From positions 331,018,001 to 331,082,000 of the forward strand of contig NC_091471.1 in assembly GCF_036971445.1 (NCBI RefSeq): a stretch of 64,000 nucleotides of DNA. Reading direction: 5' to 3'. Origin of the DNA: Narcine bancroftii (Eukaryota). Both the position numbers and the translations under genes were made by a program. Of the stretch, positions 1 through 11,149 are shown one piece after another (position 1 is the stretch's first letter; each line of letters starts with the position of its first letter). A model generated the notes under the pieces. That model was given only the letters and a program-made list of their open reading frames with translations. It had not been told where the DNA came from and made no database searches.

Positions 1-690
1 ACAGGCCCTTGGGCCCCTCTCGTCTGTGCCAATTTTTTTTTTGCCTAGACCCACTGACTTGCAACCATTCTATATCCCTCCATAACCCCTCCCATCCATG
101 TAGCTGTCCACATTATTCTTAAATGTTAAATTGATCCCGCATTCACCAGCTCAGCTCGTTCCACACTCCCACCACTCTCTGTGTGAAAATGCCACCTCCC
201 CCTAAACTTTTCCACTTTCACCCTTAACCCATGTCCTCTGGTTCGTATCTCACCGACCCCGGTGGGAAAAGCCAACCTACATTTACTTTCAGGGAATTAT
301 GTATCTATATTCCTGGATCTCTCTGTTCTACCGCACTCCTCAGTGCCCGACCTTTTACCGTGTGCGTCCTTTCTTGGTTTGTCTTTCCAAAATGCAACAC
401 CTCAACCTTGTCTGCATTAAAATACCATCGGCCATTTTTCTAGCTGGTCCAGATCCCTCTGCAAGCTTTGAAAACCTTCCTCGCCGTCCACACCACCTAC
501 AAACTTAGTGTCATCTGCTAACTTGCTGATCTAATTTACCACATGATCATCCAGATCACTGACAGACGACAAACAATGAGGGTCCCAGCACTGATCCCTG
601 AGGCACACCACTAGTCACAGGGCTCCAGTCTAAGAAGCAATCATCCACCACTACTCTCTTGCATCTCCCAGCTAATGTTGAATCCAGCTA
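1..690 (-). mobile_element. CR1 LINE fragments
   Basis: Near-match to the 57090-57780 CR1 sequence (e.g. ggtcccagcactgatccctgagg, agaagcaatcatccaccactactctc). Confidence 0.75.
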
Positions 691-1754
691 TGCTTGTTTT
701 GGCTCTGACTCAACATTCTGCAGAAAGCTGCCATCTCAGGAGTTATTGGTGAGATATTCCTCACCTGAGAACGGCTGCAGCAACCCGATAAGGTTATCAG
801 CAGACCAGGGAAGTGTCCCTCCCTTCATCAGTAACTCTGGCTTGGGCGCCCGCACTCTGCTGTGTTAGTTCTAATGACCTGAGTCACAGCTGATGTGGAG
901 CGCGAGAGCAGGATGGTCATGTGTGCACACGCGCGCAGACACATACCCATAAGCACACACACACAGAGGCACACGGAGAGAGACGCACATGGTGAGACAT
1001 GCGCACAGACACACACCCACACAGAGACACTCAGGAACCCTCGCGCCCAGACGCTTCCACACCCTGACACTCTGTGCCCAGACACCAACGCTCAGACACT
1101 GACACAGACAGACACACTCATGCATGCGATAAGGGAGATGCAATGGATGCTGTGCACAGTAAAGCTTCTGGTATCCAGCACCTCTGGGGATGGTTAGATG
1201 CCAGATAAGTGCATTTTCCAGTTGCTTGAGAATTATAATGCCTGACTAATACATCTGCATTAAGAATAAACAGTTTAATAGACAAAAATACTCTACTGTC
1301 CTTACACTGAACAAACTTCACTTGCATCAATATATAAACCTTAAAGCATTTTACTTTATTTTCAGTCACATTCTGTGAAAAATTTTAACAGGTTCCTCCC
1401 CTTCCACAGAGACGCCCAAAAGATGAACAACAACATTATAGATAATTAACTCCCCACTCCCCACAAGTTGACAGATAATCTTGACCGGGGCGATTTTAAC
1501 CAAGCAGGGAGAACACACTATAAGAGAGTCTCTTCATCCCGGGTGATGCCTTTGCTGTTTCACACAACATTATTTAAACAGCTGCTATGACCAAAGCCTG
1601 ACCAAGGCACTCCACTGGCTGGATATTAGCTCCCATCTTCACCAAAGGTTTACGTGATACTTCAGAGAACGTTTACTTTTACAGTTTCAAACTTGAGTAT
1701 TTTTTTACCCATTGTATTATTTTTTTGTTGGTTATTTGAATTCTGTTTGGGTTT

Positions 1755-2935
1755 TCAGAAGGCCTTTGACAAGGGGCTGCACATGAGGCTACTGGCCAAG
1801 AGCGCATAGTGTAACAGGAAACAGTAGTGAGGGGAGAGCATTGGCTGATTGGCAAGAAGCAAAGAGTCGGAATACAGGAATCGTATTCGGATTGGTTGGC
1901 GGTCACTAGTGATGTTCCTCAGGGGTCAGTGTTGGCCCTTCTATTTATGTTGTATATTAATAATTTAAATTATGGAATGAACAGCTTTGTGGCCAAGTCT
2001 GCAGACAATATGAAGGGGCAGGTTATGTCAAGGAAACGCAGAGGCTGCAGAAGGACTTTGATCAGGACAACGGGCAGAGAAGTGCCAAATGAAATACATT
2101 GTCAGAAAGTTTACGGTCGTGCCCTTTGGTCGAAAAAATAAACAGGCAGTTTTCTAAATGGGGAGAAAATTGAAAATCCCCAGATACAAAGGGACCTGGG
2201 AGTCCTCGTGCAGGACGGCCAGAGGTAAAGTTGCAGGTGGAGTTGGGGGTGAAGAAGGCAAACGCGATGCTGCCATTCATTTCAAGAGGAATCAAATACT
2301 AGAGCAGGGATGTGATGTTGAGGCTTTATAAGGCCCTGGTGAGACCTCACGTGGAATATTGTGAGCAGGTTTGGGATCCCCGTTATAGAAAGGATGTTCT
2401 GACATTGGAGAGGTTCAGAGGAGGTTCACTCCAGTAATGAAAGGGTTATCATGTGAGGAGCGTTTGACTGCTCTTGGCCAGTACTCGTTGGAATTTACTG
2501 ACCCATTCTTCCACCTCTTCATCCAGGTCATTTATAAAAAAATCAAAAAGAGCAGGGGTCCCAGAAAAGATCTCTATGGAGCTCCACTAGTCAGCGACCT
2601 CCAGGCTGAATACTTTCCTTCCACTACTACTCTCTGCTTTCTGCCTGCGAGTCATTTTTTTTATCCACACAGCTGTTTCCACGGATCCTGTGCCTCATGA
2701 CTTTCTGGATGAGACTCTTGTGGAGGGACCTTGTCAAATGCCTTCCTAAATCCATGTCAACCACATCTACCACCCGACCCTCATCAATTTCTTTTGTCAT
2801 CTCCTCAAAAGACGCAATTAGGGCCGTGAGGCACGACCTTCCCTTCAAAAAGCCAAGCTGACTCTCCAAAAGGTCATAGATCCTGTCCTTAAGAATCCTC
2901 TCCAACAATTTACACACCACTGATGTAAGACTCAG
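1755..2935. mobile_element. Two opposed CR1 LINE fragments (+ to ~2497, then -)
   Basis: SDVPQGSVL..LFMLYIN (+); GRSCLTALI..FEEMTKEIDEGRVVDVV (-). Confidence 0.8.
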
Positions 2936-3486
2936 GGTTACGGCAGTCAATATTACAGTCAGCCCGACAGTCAGACTAACAGTCAGTGCTACGGACAGTC
3001 AGCCTTACAGTCAGAGAGAGAGAGAAGCAAAAGAGAGTCCTCTCCCCCTCCCCCCCTTCAGAATCACCGTGTCCATAGATTTACCTCGGGCCCAGATTTT
3101 AAACTAATCCTTTAATGGGGTATTTAAAATCTGCACAAAGCCATCTGTAGTTAGACCGGACGGTTGGACCCCATGGGGCAGTGCTGTGTCTCTACTCCCC
3201 GCTCCCCCTGGGTCTGCCACAACATACCTGGGTGGATATAAACCATAGAACAATACAGCAGAGAAACAGGCCTTTCAGCCCTCTGTACCCCTCTCGTGCA
3301 CCTGTCCAAAGTCCTCTTAAATGTTAAAATTCAACAGTTCTGGGTTCCCATGGGAAGGGTGTGTTGGCATTGTGGTGGTCTGGGGTGCAGGTTTGGAGGG
3401 AAATGGGTGGAGAAGGGGAAGGGAGGGAAGGTGATTTCCCCAGCACCGGGACCTTTCACCCTGTCTCTCACCTGCCTGTCTTTCAG

Positions 3487-3551
3487 CTGACCAGGTGTAC
3501 GGTGACCAGGATATGCACGATGTGGTGAGGAAGCATTGCATGGACTACCTG
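3487..3551 (+). CDS. OTUD5: OTU deubiquitinase 5 (DUBA), internal exon (A)[21 protein letters not shown]
   Basis: Acceptor tttcag|, donor |gtgagt; the peptide is near-identical to the vertebrate OTUD5 OTU domain. Upstream exons lie before the window. Confidence 0.96.
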
Positions 3552-3626
3552 GTGAGTGGACGTTCCCCCTCCCTCGCCCATCGCCCCTGCCCCACCTCCC
3601 CTCACTCTCTTCCCCTCCCCACGCAG

Positions 3627-3801
3627 GTGAAGAATGCAGACTACTTCTCCAACTACGTGACCGAGGACTTCACCACCTACATCAACCGTAAACGCATCAG
3701 CAGCTGCCACGGTAACCACATCGAGATGCAGGCCATGGCGGAGATGTACAACCGGCCGGTGGAGGTGTACCAGTACAGTGCAGCAGGCCAGGACAATCTG
3801 G
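3627..3801 (+). CDS. OTUD5: OTUD5 exon [23 protein letters not shown]...[13 protein letters not shown]
   Basis: Acceptor acgcag|. The first phase-1 GT donor (g|gtacgg) is at 3802; an alternative phase-1 GC donor is possible after 3786, so the 3' boundary is slightly uncertain. Confidence 0.92.
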
Positions 3802-4740
3802 GTACGGGGCAACTCTCCATCCGCCTGTGGTGACTGTGCCTGCGGAAGGCCTGCAGCCTCCTTTCTCCCCGCCTCATCCATGTCCCAGGATCACCCCTCT
3901 CCTTCCCCCATCCCTACAGGGCTCCCCTCTCCTTCCCCCATCCCTACAGGGCTCCCCTCGGCAGCCCTCTCCCTGCCTCATCCATGTCTCAGTGACCCCT
4001 AGTCTCCCCACAGCTCTCCTCTCCCCAGGGGTCTCCCGTTCCCTCATCCATGTCCCAGTGTTCCCCAGCCTCCTGTCGGCTCTCCTCTCCCCAGGGTCTG
4101 TCTCCTTATCCATGTCCCAGTGCCCCCCAGCTCTCCTCTCCCCAGATCCCCCCCAGGGTCTCTCGACCCCTTATCCATGTCCCAGCCTCCTGTTGGCATC
4201 CCTCTCCCTGTCTCATCCATGTCCCAGTGCCCCCCATTGTCTCCTGTCTGCTCTAATCGACCCCCATCCATCCATCCGCTGGTAACCTGTCCCCTTGCCC
4301 CTCTTCAAACCTTTCTGTCCCCCTTCCCCTCCCCCTCCCATCTGTCCATTACACCTCATCCCCCACCCCCCCAACCCTCGTGCTGAAGCCCACTCTCTCC
4401 AAATTTCCATTTCCCCACCTCTCCACCCACTGTCCCTGTGGTTCTCGTGACCTCTCCCTATCCCCCTGGTCTGTCCATCCCCCTCATGGCTTCTCCACCC
4501 CTTTATCCCATGACCCCTTCTCCTCCCTCCCTCCAGTCTGTCTTCCCCCATCATACCACGGTCAAGCCTTCTCTCCCCACCCCCTCACACAGCCCACTCC
4601 CTCCAGGGTTCTCTTCCCTCACCCCCCATAGCGTCCATTCAGCTTCCGTGACTGAGCGGGCAGGGGGTGGGGCTCGTCAAGCGTTGGGAGGGCCCGTGGC
4701 GGCGCACAGAGGGACTTGACAGCCTCGTGTCCTCCGGCAG

Positions 4741-4889
4741 AGCCCATCAACACCTTCCATGGCATCCACCAGACGGAGGATGAGCCGATCCGGGTCAGTT
4801 ACCACCGCAACATCCACTACAACTCCGTGGTGAACCCCAACAAGGCCACCATTGGCGTGGGGCTGGGTCTCCCTGCCTTCAAACCTGGG
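4741..4889 (+). CDS. OTUD5: OTUD5 exon [10 protein letters not shown]...[31 protein letters not shown] (catalytic His loop)
   Basis: ggcag| ... |gtgagt; 149 bp, phase 1 to 0; OTU His-loop motif HYNSV. Confidence 0.97.
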
Positions 4890-4984
4890 GTGAGTTTGTT
4901 GTCTCTGCTTGTGGTTGGGCGGGGGTGCAAAGGGAGGCCTGGTCGCCCCATCACAGGCGGCACCTGGTCTCCAGACAGGGCAGG

Positions 4985-5905
4985 AGGGTTACACGAGAAA
5001 CAGGAACAGGAGTCGGCCACCCGGCCCGTCGAGCCTGCTCCGCTGTTCATTGAGATTTCGGCTGATCTGATGATTATCTCCACTGACCTGCCTCCCTCTT
5101 CCCCACATCCCGTAATTCCCTGATGAGGCAAAAATCAATCCAACCTCGCTTTAAATATATTTACTGAGGTCGCCTCCACTGCTTCAGTGGCCAGCAAATT
5201 CCACAGATTCACCACCATCTGGGAAAAGAAGTTCCTCCTGGGGGAAAGACCGATTCCAGTGAACGGTCGGGCACTGAGGAGTGTGGTGGAACAGAGGGAT
5301 CTGGGAATACAGAGACATAATTCCCTGTAAGTAGCTACACAGGTGGACAGGGTTGTAAAGAGAACTTTTGGCATATTGGCCTTCATAAGTCAAAGTATTG
5401 AGTACAGGAGTTGGGATGTTATGGTAAAGTTGTATAAGATGTTGGTGAGGCCAAATTTGGAGAATTGCATGCAGTTTTGGTCACCGAACTATAGGAAAGA
5501 TATCAGTAAGATAGAAAGAGGGCAGGGAAGATTTACTCGGGTGTTGCCTGGACTTCAGGAACTGAGTTACAGGGAAAAGTTGAACAGGTTTAGACTTTAT
5601 TCCCTGGAGCGTAGACAAATGAGGGGAGATTTGATTAAGGTGTTTAAAATTATGAGGGTTGGTGAGATACAAACCAATGGACATGGGTAAAGGATGAAAG
5701 GGGGAACGTCTTCACACAGAGAGTGGTGGGAGTGTGGAACGAGCTGAGGTGGTGAATACGGGCTCAATTTTAATATTTAAGAATTTGGACAGGCACATGG
5801 ACGGGAGGAGAATGGACTGGGTGCAGGTCAGTGGGACGCGGCAGAATAATGGATTGGCACAGACTAGAAGGGCCGAACGACCTGTTTCTGTGCTGTAATG
5901 TTCTC
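4985..5905. mobile_element. CR1 LINE 3' fragments (- then +) in an OTUD5 intron
   Basis: LYKMLVRPNLENCMQFWSPNYRKD..LYSLERRQMRGDLI; NFFSQ.VVNLWN. Confidence 0.82.
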
Positions 5906-6070
5906 TCTCCACCTTCCCTCTATCTAGCTGATCCAATATTGAGTGTATTTAACTGAGATTTCCCCACCCCCACACCCCCCTCCCCCATCGTCCACATTCT
6001 GGCCCTGAGACCCTCGGAGGGAGAGGGGGTAACGTCCGTGACACATGCACTCACTCCAGGACCCCGTCAG

Positions 6071-6256
6071 TCCGCAGACCAGTCGCTGATGAAGAACGCC
6101 ATCAAGACGTCGGAGGAGTCGTGGATTGAGCAGCAGATGTTAGAGGACAAGAAGCGGGCAACGGACTGGGAAGCGACAAACGAGGCCATCGAGGAGCAGG
6201 TGGCTCGCGAGTCATACCTGCAGTGGCTGCGGGACCAGGAGAAGCAGGCCCGGCAG
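6071..6256 (+). CDS. OTUD5: OTUD5 exon [62 protein letters not shown]
   Basis: gtcag| ... |gtgatg; 186 bp, phase 0-0; near-identical to vertebrate OTUD5. Confidence 0.97.
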
Positions 6257-6641
6257 GTGATGTATTGTGGCGCTGGCTGGGGGGGTTGCGGTGTTACCGG
6301 TCCGTGGGGAGGCGCTGCAGTGTTATTGCTCTGTGGGGAGGGGATCACGGGGTTACCGGTCAGATGAGAGGGGTCGCCAAATTACCAATCGGTGGGGAGG
6401 GGTCGCAGTGTTACTGATTGGTGGGAGAGGGGTCACGGTGTTACTGATCCATGGGGAGAAGGTCACAGGGTTACCAACACTCAGTGAGGTGAGGGGGACT
6501 GGGGTGAGCTGTGGAGGAGTAGCCGGGAAAGGGGAATGAGAGGAGCCGTGGGGAAGGGACTGGAGGAGCCATGAGGAGGGGTTGATGAAATCGGTGCAAC
6601 CAGTGGATGCCGGCTGACCCACTTGCCTGTTCCTCCTGCAG

Positions 6642-6849
6642 CCCCGGAAAGCCTCGGCCACATGCAGCTCGGCCACAGCGGCTGCCAGCAGCGTCCCTGA
6701 GGAGTGGAGCGGCCGATCTCCCCGGCAGAAGAGCACCGCCTCGTCACCAGAACACCTTGACCCGCAGGTGGATGGTGGTGGCAAGCCCCCGTCACCCGGC
6801 TCCGCCATGGCCCTGGCCCTTGGCAAGCCCCCCTCGCCATGCGCTCCAG
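6642..6849 (+). CDS. OTUD5: OTUD5 exon [17 protein letters not shown]...KPPSPCAP
   Basis: ctgcag| ... |gttagt; 208 bp, phase 0 to 1; matches the OTUD5 Ser/Pro-rich region. This frame is not given as such in the ORF track. Confidence 0.93.
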
Positions 6850-7064
6850 GTTAGTGTGAGCTTTTACCCCCCCCTCCCCCTGGGGTACCATCTCCTCCTT
6901 TCCCCTCCCCCTGGGATCCCATCCCTTCCCTTCCCCTGCGGACCTATCCCCTGCATTCTCCCCTACCCCCGGAGTCCCATCCCCTCCGTTTTGCTCCCCT
7001 CCCCCCCTCTCGGCCACCCCCTCCCACCTCGGTTGCCCTCGCCCCCACGGCTGACTCCCCCCCC

Positions 7065-8090
7065 CCCTCGGCCGGCCCCCCCCCTCGGCCGCCCCCCCCT
7101 CCCCCTCGGCCGCCCCCCTCCCCCTCGGCCGCCTCCCTCCCCCTCGGCCGCCCCCCTCCCCCTCGGCCGCCCCCCTCCCCCTCGGCCGCCCCCCTCCCCC
7201 TCGGCCGCCCCCCTCCCCCTCGGCCGCCCCCCCTCCCCCTCGGCCGCCCCCCTCCCCCTCGGCCGCCCCCCTCCCCCTCGGCCGCCCCCCCTCCCCCTCG
7301 GCCGCCCCCCTCCCCCTCGGCCGCCCCCCTCCCCCTCGGCCGCCCCCCTCCCCCCTCGGCCGCCCCCCTCCCCCTCGGCCGCCCCCTCCCCCCTCGGCCG
7401 CCCCCCTCCCCCCTCGGCCGCCCCCCTCCCCCTCGGCCGCCCCCCCTCCCCCCTCGGCCGCCCCCCTCCCCCCTCGGCCGCCCCCCTCGGCCGCCCCCTC
7501 CCCCCTCGGCCGCCCCCCCTCCCCCTCGGCCGCCCCCCTCCCCCTCGGCCGCCCCCCTCCCCCTCGGCCGCCCCCCTCCCCCTCGGCCGCCCCCCTCCCC
7601 CTCGGCCGCCCCCCTCGGCCGCCCCCCTCCCCCTCGGCCGCCCCCCCCCCTCGGCCGCCGCCCCCCTCCCCCTCGGCCGCCGCCCCCCTCCCCCTCGGCC
7701 GCCGCCCCCCTCCCCCCTCGGCCGCCGCCCCCCTCCCCCTCGGCCGCCGCCCCCCTCCCCCTCGGCCGCCGCCCCCCTCCCCCTCGGCCGCCGCCCCCCT
7801 CCCCCTCGGCCCGCCGCCCCCCCTCCCCCTCGGCCGCCGCCCCCCTCCCCCTCGGCCGCCGCCCCCCCTCCCCCTCGGCCGCCGCCCCCCTCCCCCTCGG
7901 CCGCCGCCCCCCTCCCCCTCGGCCGCCGCCCCCCTCCCCCTCGGCCGCCGCCCCCCTCCCCCTCGGCCGCCGCCCCCCCTCCCCCGGCCACCGCCCCCCT
8001 CCCCCTCGGCCACCGCCCCCCTCCCCCTCGGCCACCGCCCCCCTCCCCCTCGGCCACCGCCCCCCTGCCCCTCGGCCACCGCCCCCCTCC
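7065..8090. repeat. Extremely GC-rich 19-22 bp minisatellite (CTCGGCCGCC[GCC]CCCCTCCCC)n in an OTUD5 intron
   Basis: Directly visible; dozens of units; source of the spurious Gly/Arg and Pro ORFs. Confidence 0.97.
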
Positions 8091-8162
8091 CGTCGCCCAT
8101 CCCTTCCTCGTCGCCCCCCTCTTCCCGTCGTCCCCTCACCCCCTATGGTGTGTACCCTATAG

Positions 8163-8276
8163 GAACGAGCAGACAGGTTTCGTCAAGTGGAGAGCATGTC
8201 CCCTCCTCAGCGCTTTCCTTGTGCCCCACACTGGATTGTCGGGCTATAATGCAGCAGATGTCGCCCACGGCCTTTG
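8163..8276 (+). CDS. OTUD5: OTUD5 exon GTSRQVSS...LDCRAIMQQMSPTAF
   Basis: ctatag| ... |gtgagt; 114 bp, phase 1-1; homologous to human LECRALIQQMSPSAFG. Confidence 0.92.
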
Positions 8277-8399
8277 GTGAGTTAAATGGGAGTGAGTGTC
8301 ATGTCTCTCTTGGATCCCATCCCCTCCCCACAGCCTTACATCAGTGAGAGGGATAGGGGACGGTCGGGTTGGGTATTGGTAAGGGGGACGTGCCGGGCT

Positions 8400-8630
8400 A
8401 TAGGTGAGGGGGACGGTCCGGGGGATCGGTGAGGGGGACGGGCCGGGGGATCGGTGAGGGGTACGGGCTGGGGATCGGTGAGGTGGACGGGCCGGGGGAT
8501 CGGTGAGGTGGACGGGCCGGGGGATCGGTGAGGTGGACGGGCCGGGAATCGGTGAGGTGGACGGGCCGGGGGTCGGTGAGGTGGACGGGCCGGGGGATCG
8601 GTGAGGTGGACGGGCCGGGGGGATCGGTTA
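8400..8630. repeat. ~24 bp minisatellite GGGGATCGGTGAGGTGGACGGGCC
   Basis: About 9 tandem units in the last OTUD5 intron. Confidence 0.93.
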
Positions 8631-8668
8631 GTGAGACGGACAGGTTTAACCACACTCTCCCCACATAG

Positions 8669-8793
8669 GCCTGGCGGACTGGGAAGATGACGAGATCTTG
8701 GCCTCGGTTCTGGCCGTTTCTCAGCAGGAGTACCTGGACAGCATGAAGAAAGGCCGGGAGCCTCGCAGAGAATCCTCGCCAGACCACAGCTGA
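8669..8793 (+). CDS. OTUD5: OTUD5 last coding exon [41 protein letters not shown] (UIM)
   Basis: catag| acceptor; UIM-like [13 protein letters not shown]; stop TGA at 8791-8793. Confidence 0.95.
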
Positions 8794-9586
8794 TGGACTG
8801 CCTTATTTCCCCTTCCTCAACCCACTGCTTGCCCTCCCTCCCTCCCTTCCTCCCCTCTCTCCTTCCCCCTCTTTCCTTCAGATCTAGGCACACGAGAGAC
8901 TTACTTTTATCGGCTAGATGCATGTACAGAGACTCAGCGGATGACGTTTCACCCAACGTAATACTGATCTTCAATCTTTGACAATACCACCTTGTGTTCT
9001 TGGTGTTCATGTGTGAGAGCGGCTGGGGAACGCGAGTGGTCCGACTCCAGGAGAGGCAGGGACCGCAGCGGAATACCTCCCCTCCCAACCTTCTACTCTG
9101 CGACAGGGAATCTTGTCTGTTGCGGCGGACCAGACCAGCTTCTGCACTGCCTCCCACCCTCCTCGACCCCAGAATTCAGTGTTGGGCCATTCGAGGGGTG
9201 CAGAGATGGAAGCGTGTTGAGGGAGAAGAGATTGGGGCCAGTGTGGGGATCTGTGAAGAGGTGGTGATGTGGAATACTGAGGACAGTGAACATTGTCCAG
9301 GGGGTCATGTGTGAGGGCTACCAGTGGAAGTGATGAACACGGGCTGAAACATTTAAGAGGAATTTGGACGGGAACATGGATGGGAGGGGTATGGAGGGCG
9401 ACGGGCTGGGTGCAGGTCAGTGGGACTGGGCAGAATAGTGGTCCGGCACAAATTTGAAGGGCCAAAGGGACTGTTTGTGCAGGAATGTTCTACAGTTCTA
9501 TCACTTGGAATGCAGGCTTATGTTGGCAGTATGCCATTCATCAAACCGAACGTCTGAGAGCCCCGGGTGTTGCTCCGTGAGATGTA

Positions 9587-11148
9587 CAGTGCTCTCCAGA
9601 GTGTTTGGGACAAAGATGCAGTTTTTATCTTTATCTGCCCATGTGCTGCACAAATTTAAATTTATAATCAAACAATTCTTATGTGCAGATTTTATTTGTA
9701 GATTTTGGTTTGACCATATGGAAATTACAGTACTTTTTTGACCTTGACCCCTCATTTCAGGGCACCGTAATATTTGGGATGTGGCAGTGGGGGTTTGTCT
9801 GTTAAAGTGGTCGTGTTCCGTACTTCATTCCAGAGACCGTGTGAAGCCTGTGATTCGTGGACATCACCAGGTGCTGAGTATCTTCTCTGGTGAGGCCCTG
9901 CAAGGCCCCCGCTGCAGCCATCTTCAGGGGGCTGGTCCCTTACCGTTTTCTCTTCAGCTTACGGAAGACATGTTCAACTGGATTTAGATCGGGTGACTGG
10001 CTTGGCCATTCCAGAATTGTCCAGTTTTTAGCTTTGGTAAATCTCCTTTGTTGCTTCAGCAGGATGTTTGGGGACCTTTGTCTTGCTGCAGGATGAAGCG
10101 CCGTCCGGTGAGTTTGGAGGTATTTGCTCTAACTTGAGCAGACGTTTCTATACACCTCATTTTGCTATTTTCCATCATCAGTGAAGATAACTGCGCCAGT
10201 CAGTACCTGTGGCAGCCGGACATACCCAGGGCGCACACCCCCACCTCCACGTTTCACAGACAAGGATAACTGTGCCAGTCAGTCTCTGTTGCAGCCGGAC
10301 ATGCCCAGGACCAACACCCCCACCACCAAATTTCATAGATGAGGTGATATGCTTTAGGTCTTGGTCAGTTCCTTTACACCTCCACGCTTTGCTCTTGCCA
10401 TCACTCTGATACAGGTTCATCTTGATCTCATCTCTCCTCCAGACCTTTTTCCAGAATTTTCCCGGCTTGTTGAAACATTTCTTGGCAGAAATGATACCAG
10501 CCGCCAGACTGGTGGTTGGTATCTTGCAGGGCAGCCTATGTGTTTCTGCTCCTGGTCTCCTGTGGACAGCGGTCATCGACGCATCCACTCCTGCCTCCTG
10601 AAGAGCGTTTCTGATCTGTCGGGCGGGTGTTGGGGAATTTGTCTTCATTATGATGAGAATTCTGTTGTCAGCAGTGGAGTCTTTCTTGGTCGACCAGTCC
10701 CTTGGCGATGACTGAGCTCACCAGTATGCTCTTTCTTCATAATGATGTTCCAAACTGTTGATTTTGGACATGCTAAAGTTTGGGTGATGTCTCTCACTGT
10801 TTTATTCTTGTTTTACAGCCTTAAATTGGCTTCTTTGATGATCATTAGCACTGGTCCTCAAGTTGAAAAATGGCAAGTACGGATCCAAAGGTGATCCAAA
10901 GCTTCGAACCAGGCAGGGCTCTTTTCTCCCTGCCCCAATGAGGCAGACCCGAGTTCTCCCACACACCAGTGAAGCCAAAAGTCCCAAACAGGGCGACGAT
11001 GTACAAAAAGTGCTGTCATTTCTACATGTGGAGAAATAAACTGGAATCTGCACTTTGATCAGGAGAATCCATTTGATTACAAATTTAAAACGGGCACACT
11101 GTTAAATAAAGGGAAAACATCTTTATCCCAAGTATTATGGAGGCACTG
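9587..11148 (-). mobile_element. Degenerate Tc1/mariner (IR/DR-type) DNA transposon, ~1.56 kb
   Basis: TA|CAGTGCTCTCC...TTTGGGACAAAGATG at the left end mirrors the reverse complement of the right end (CAGTGCCTCC...TTGGGATAAAGATG). Minus-strand transposase pieces: ARQIRNALQEAG, FWKKVW..DE, KFGGGGV, EWPSQSPDLNPVEH. Confidence 0.88.
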
Positions 11149-11149
11149 A

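Noticed and set aside
1290-1685. Possible solo LTR (minus-strand polyA and TATA-like motifs, ends TACA)
   Set aside because: No defined 5' terminus or TSD; too weak to call.
6481-8280. 552, 557, 363 and 364-aa Gly/Arg- and Pro-rich ORFs
   Set aside because: They translate a stop-free GC minisatellite inside an OTUD5 intron and are open in most frames on both strands.
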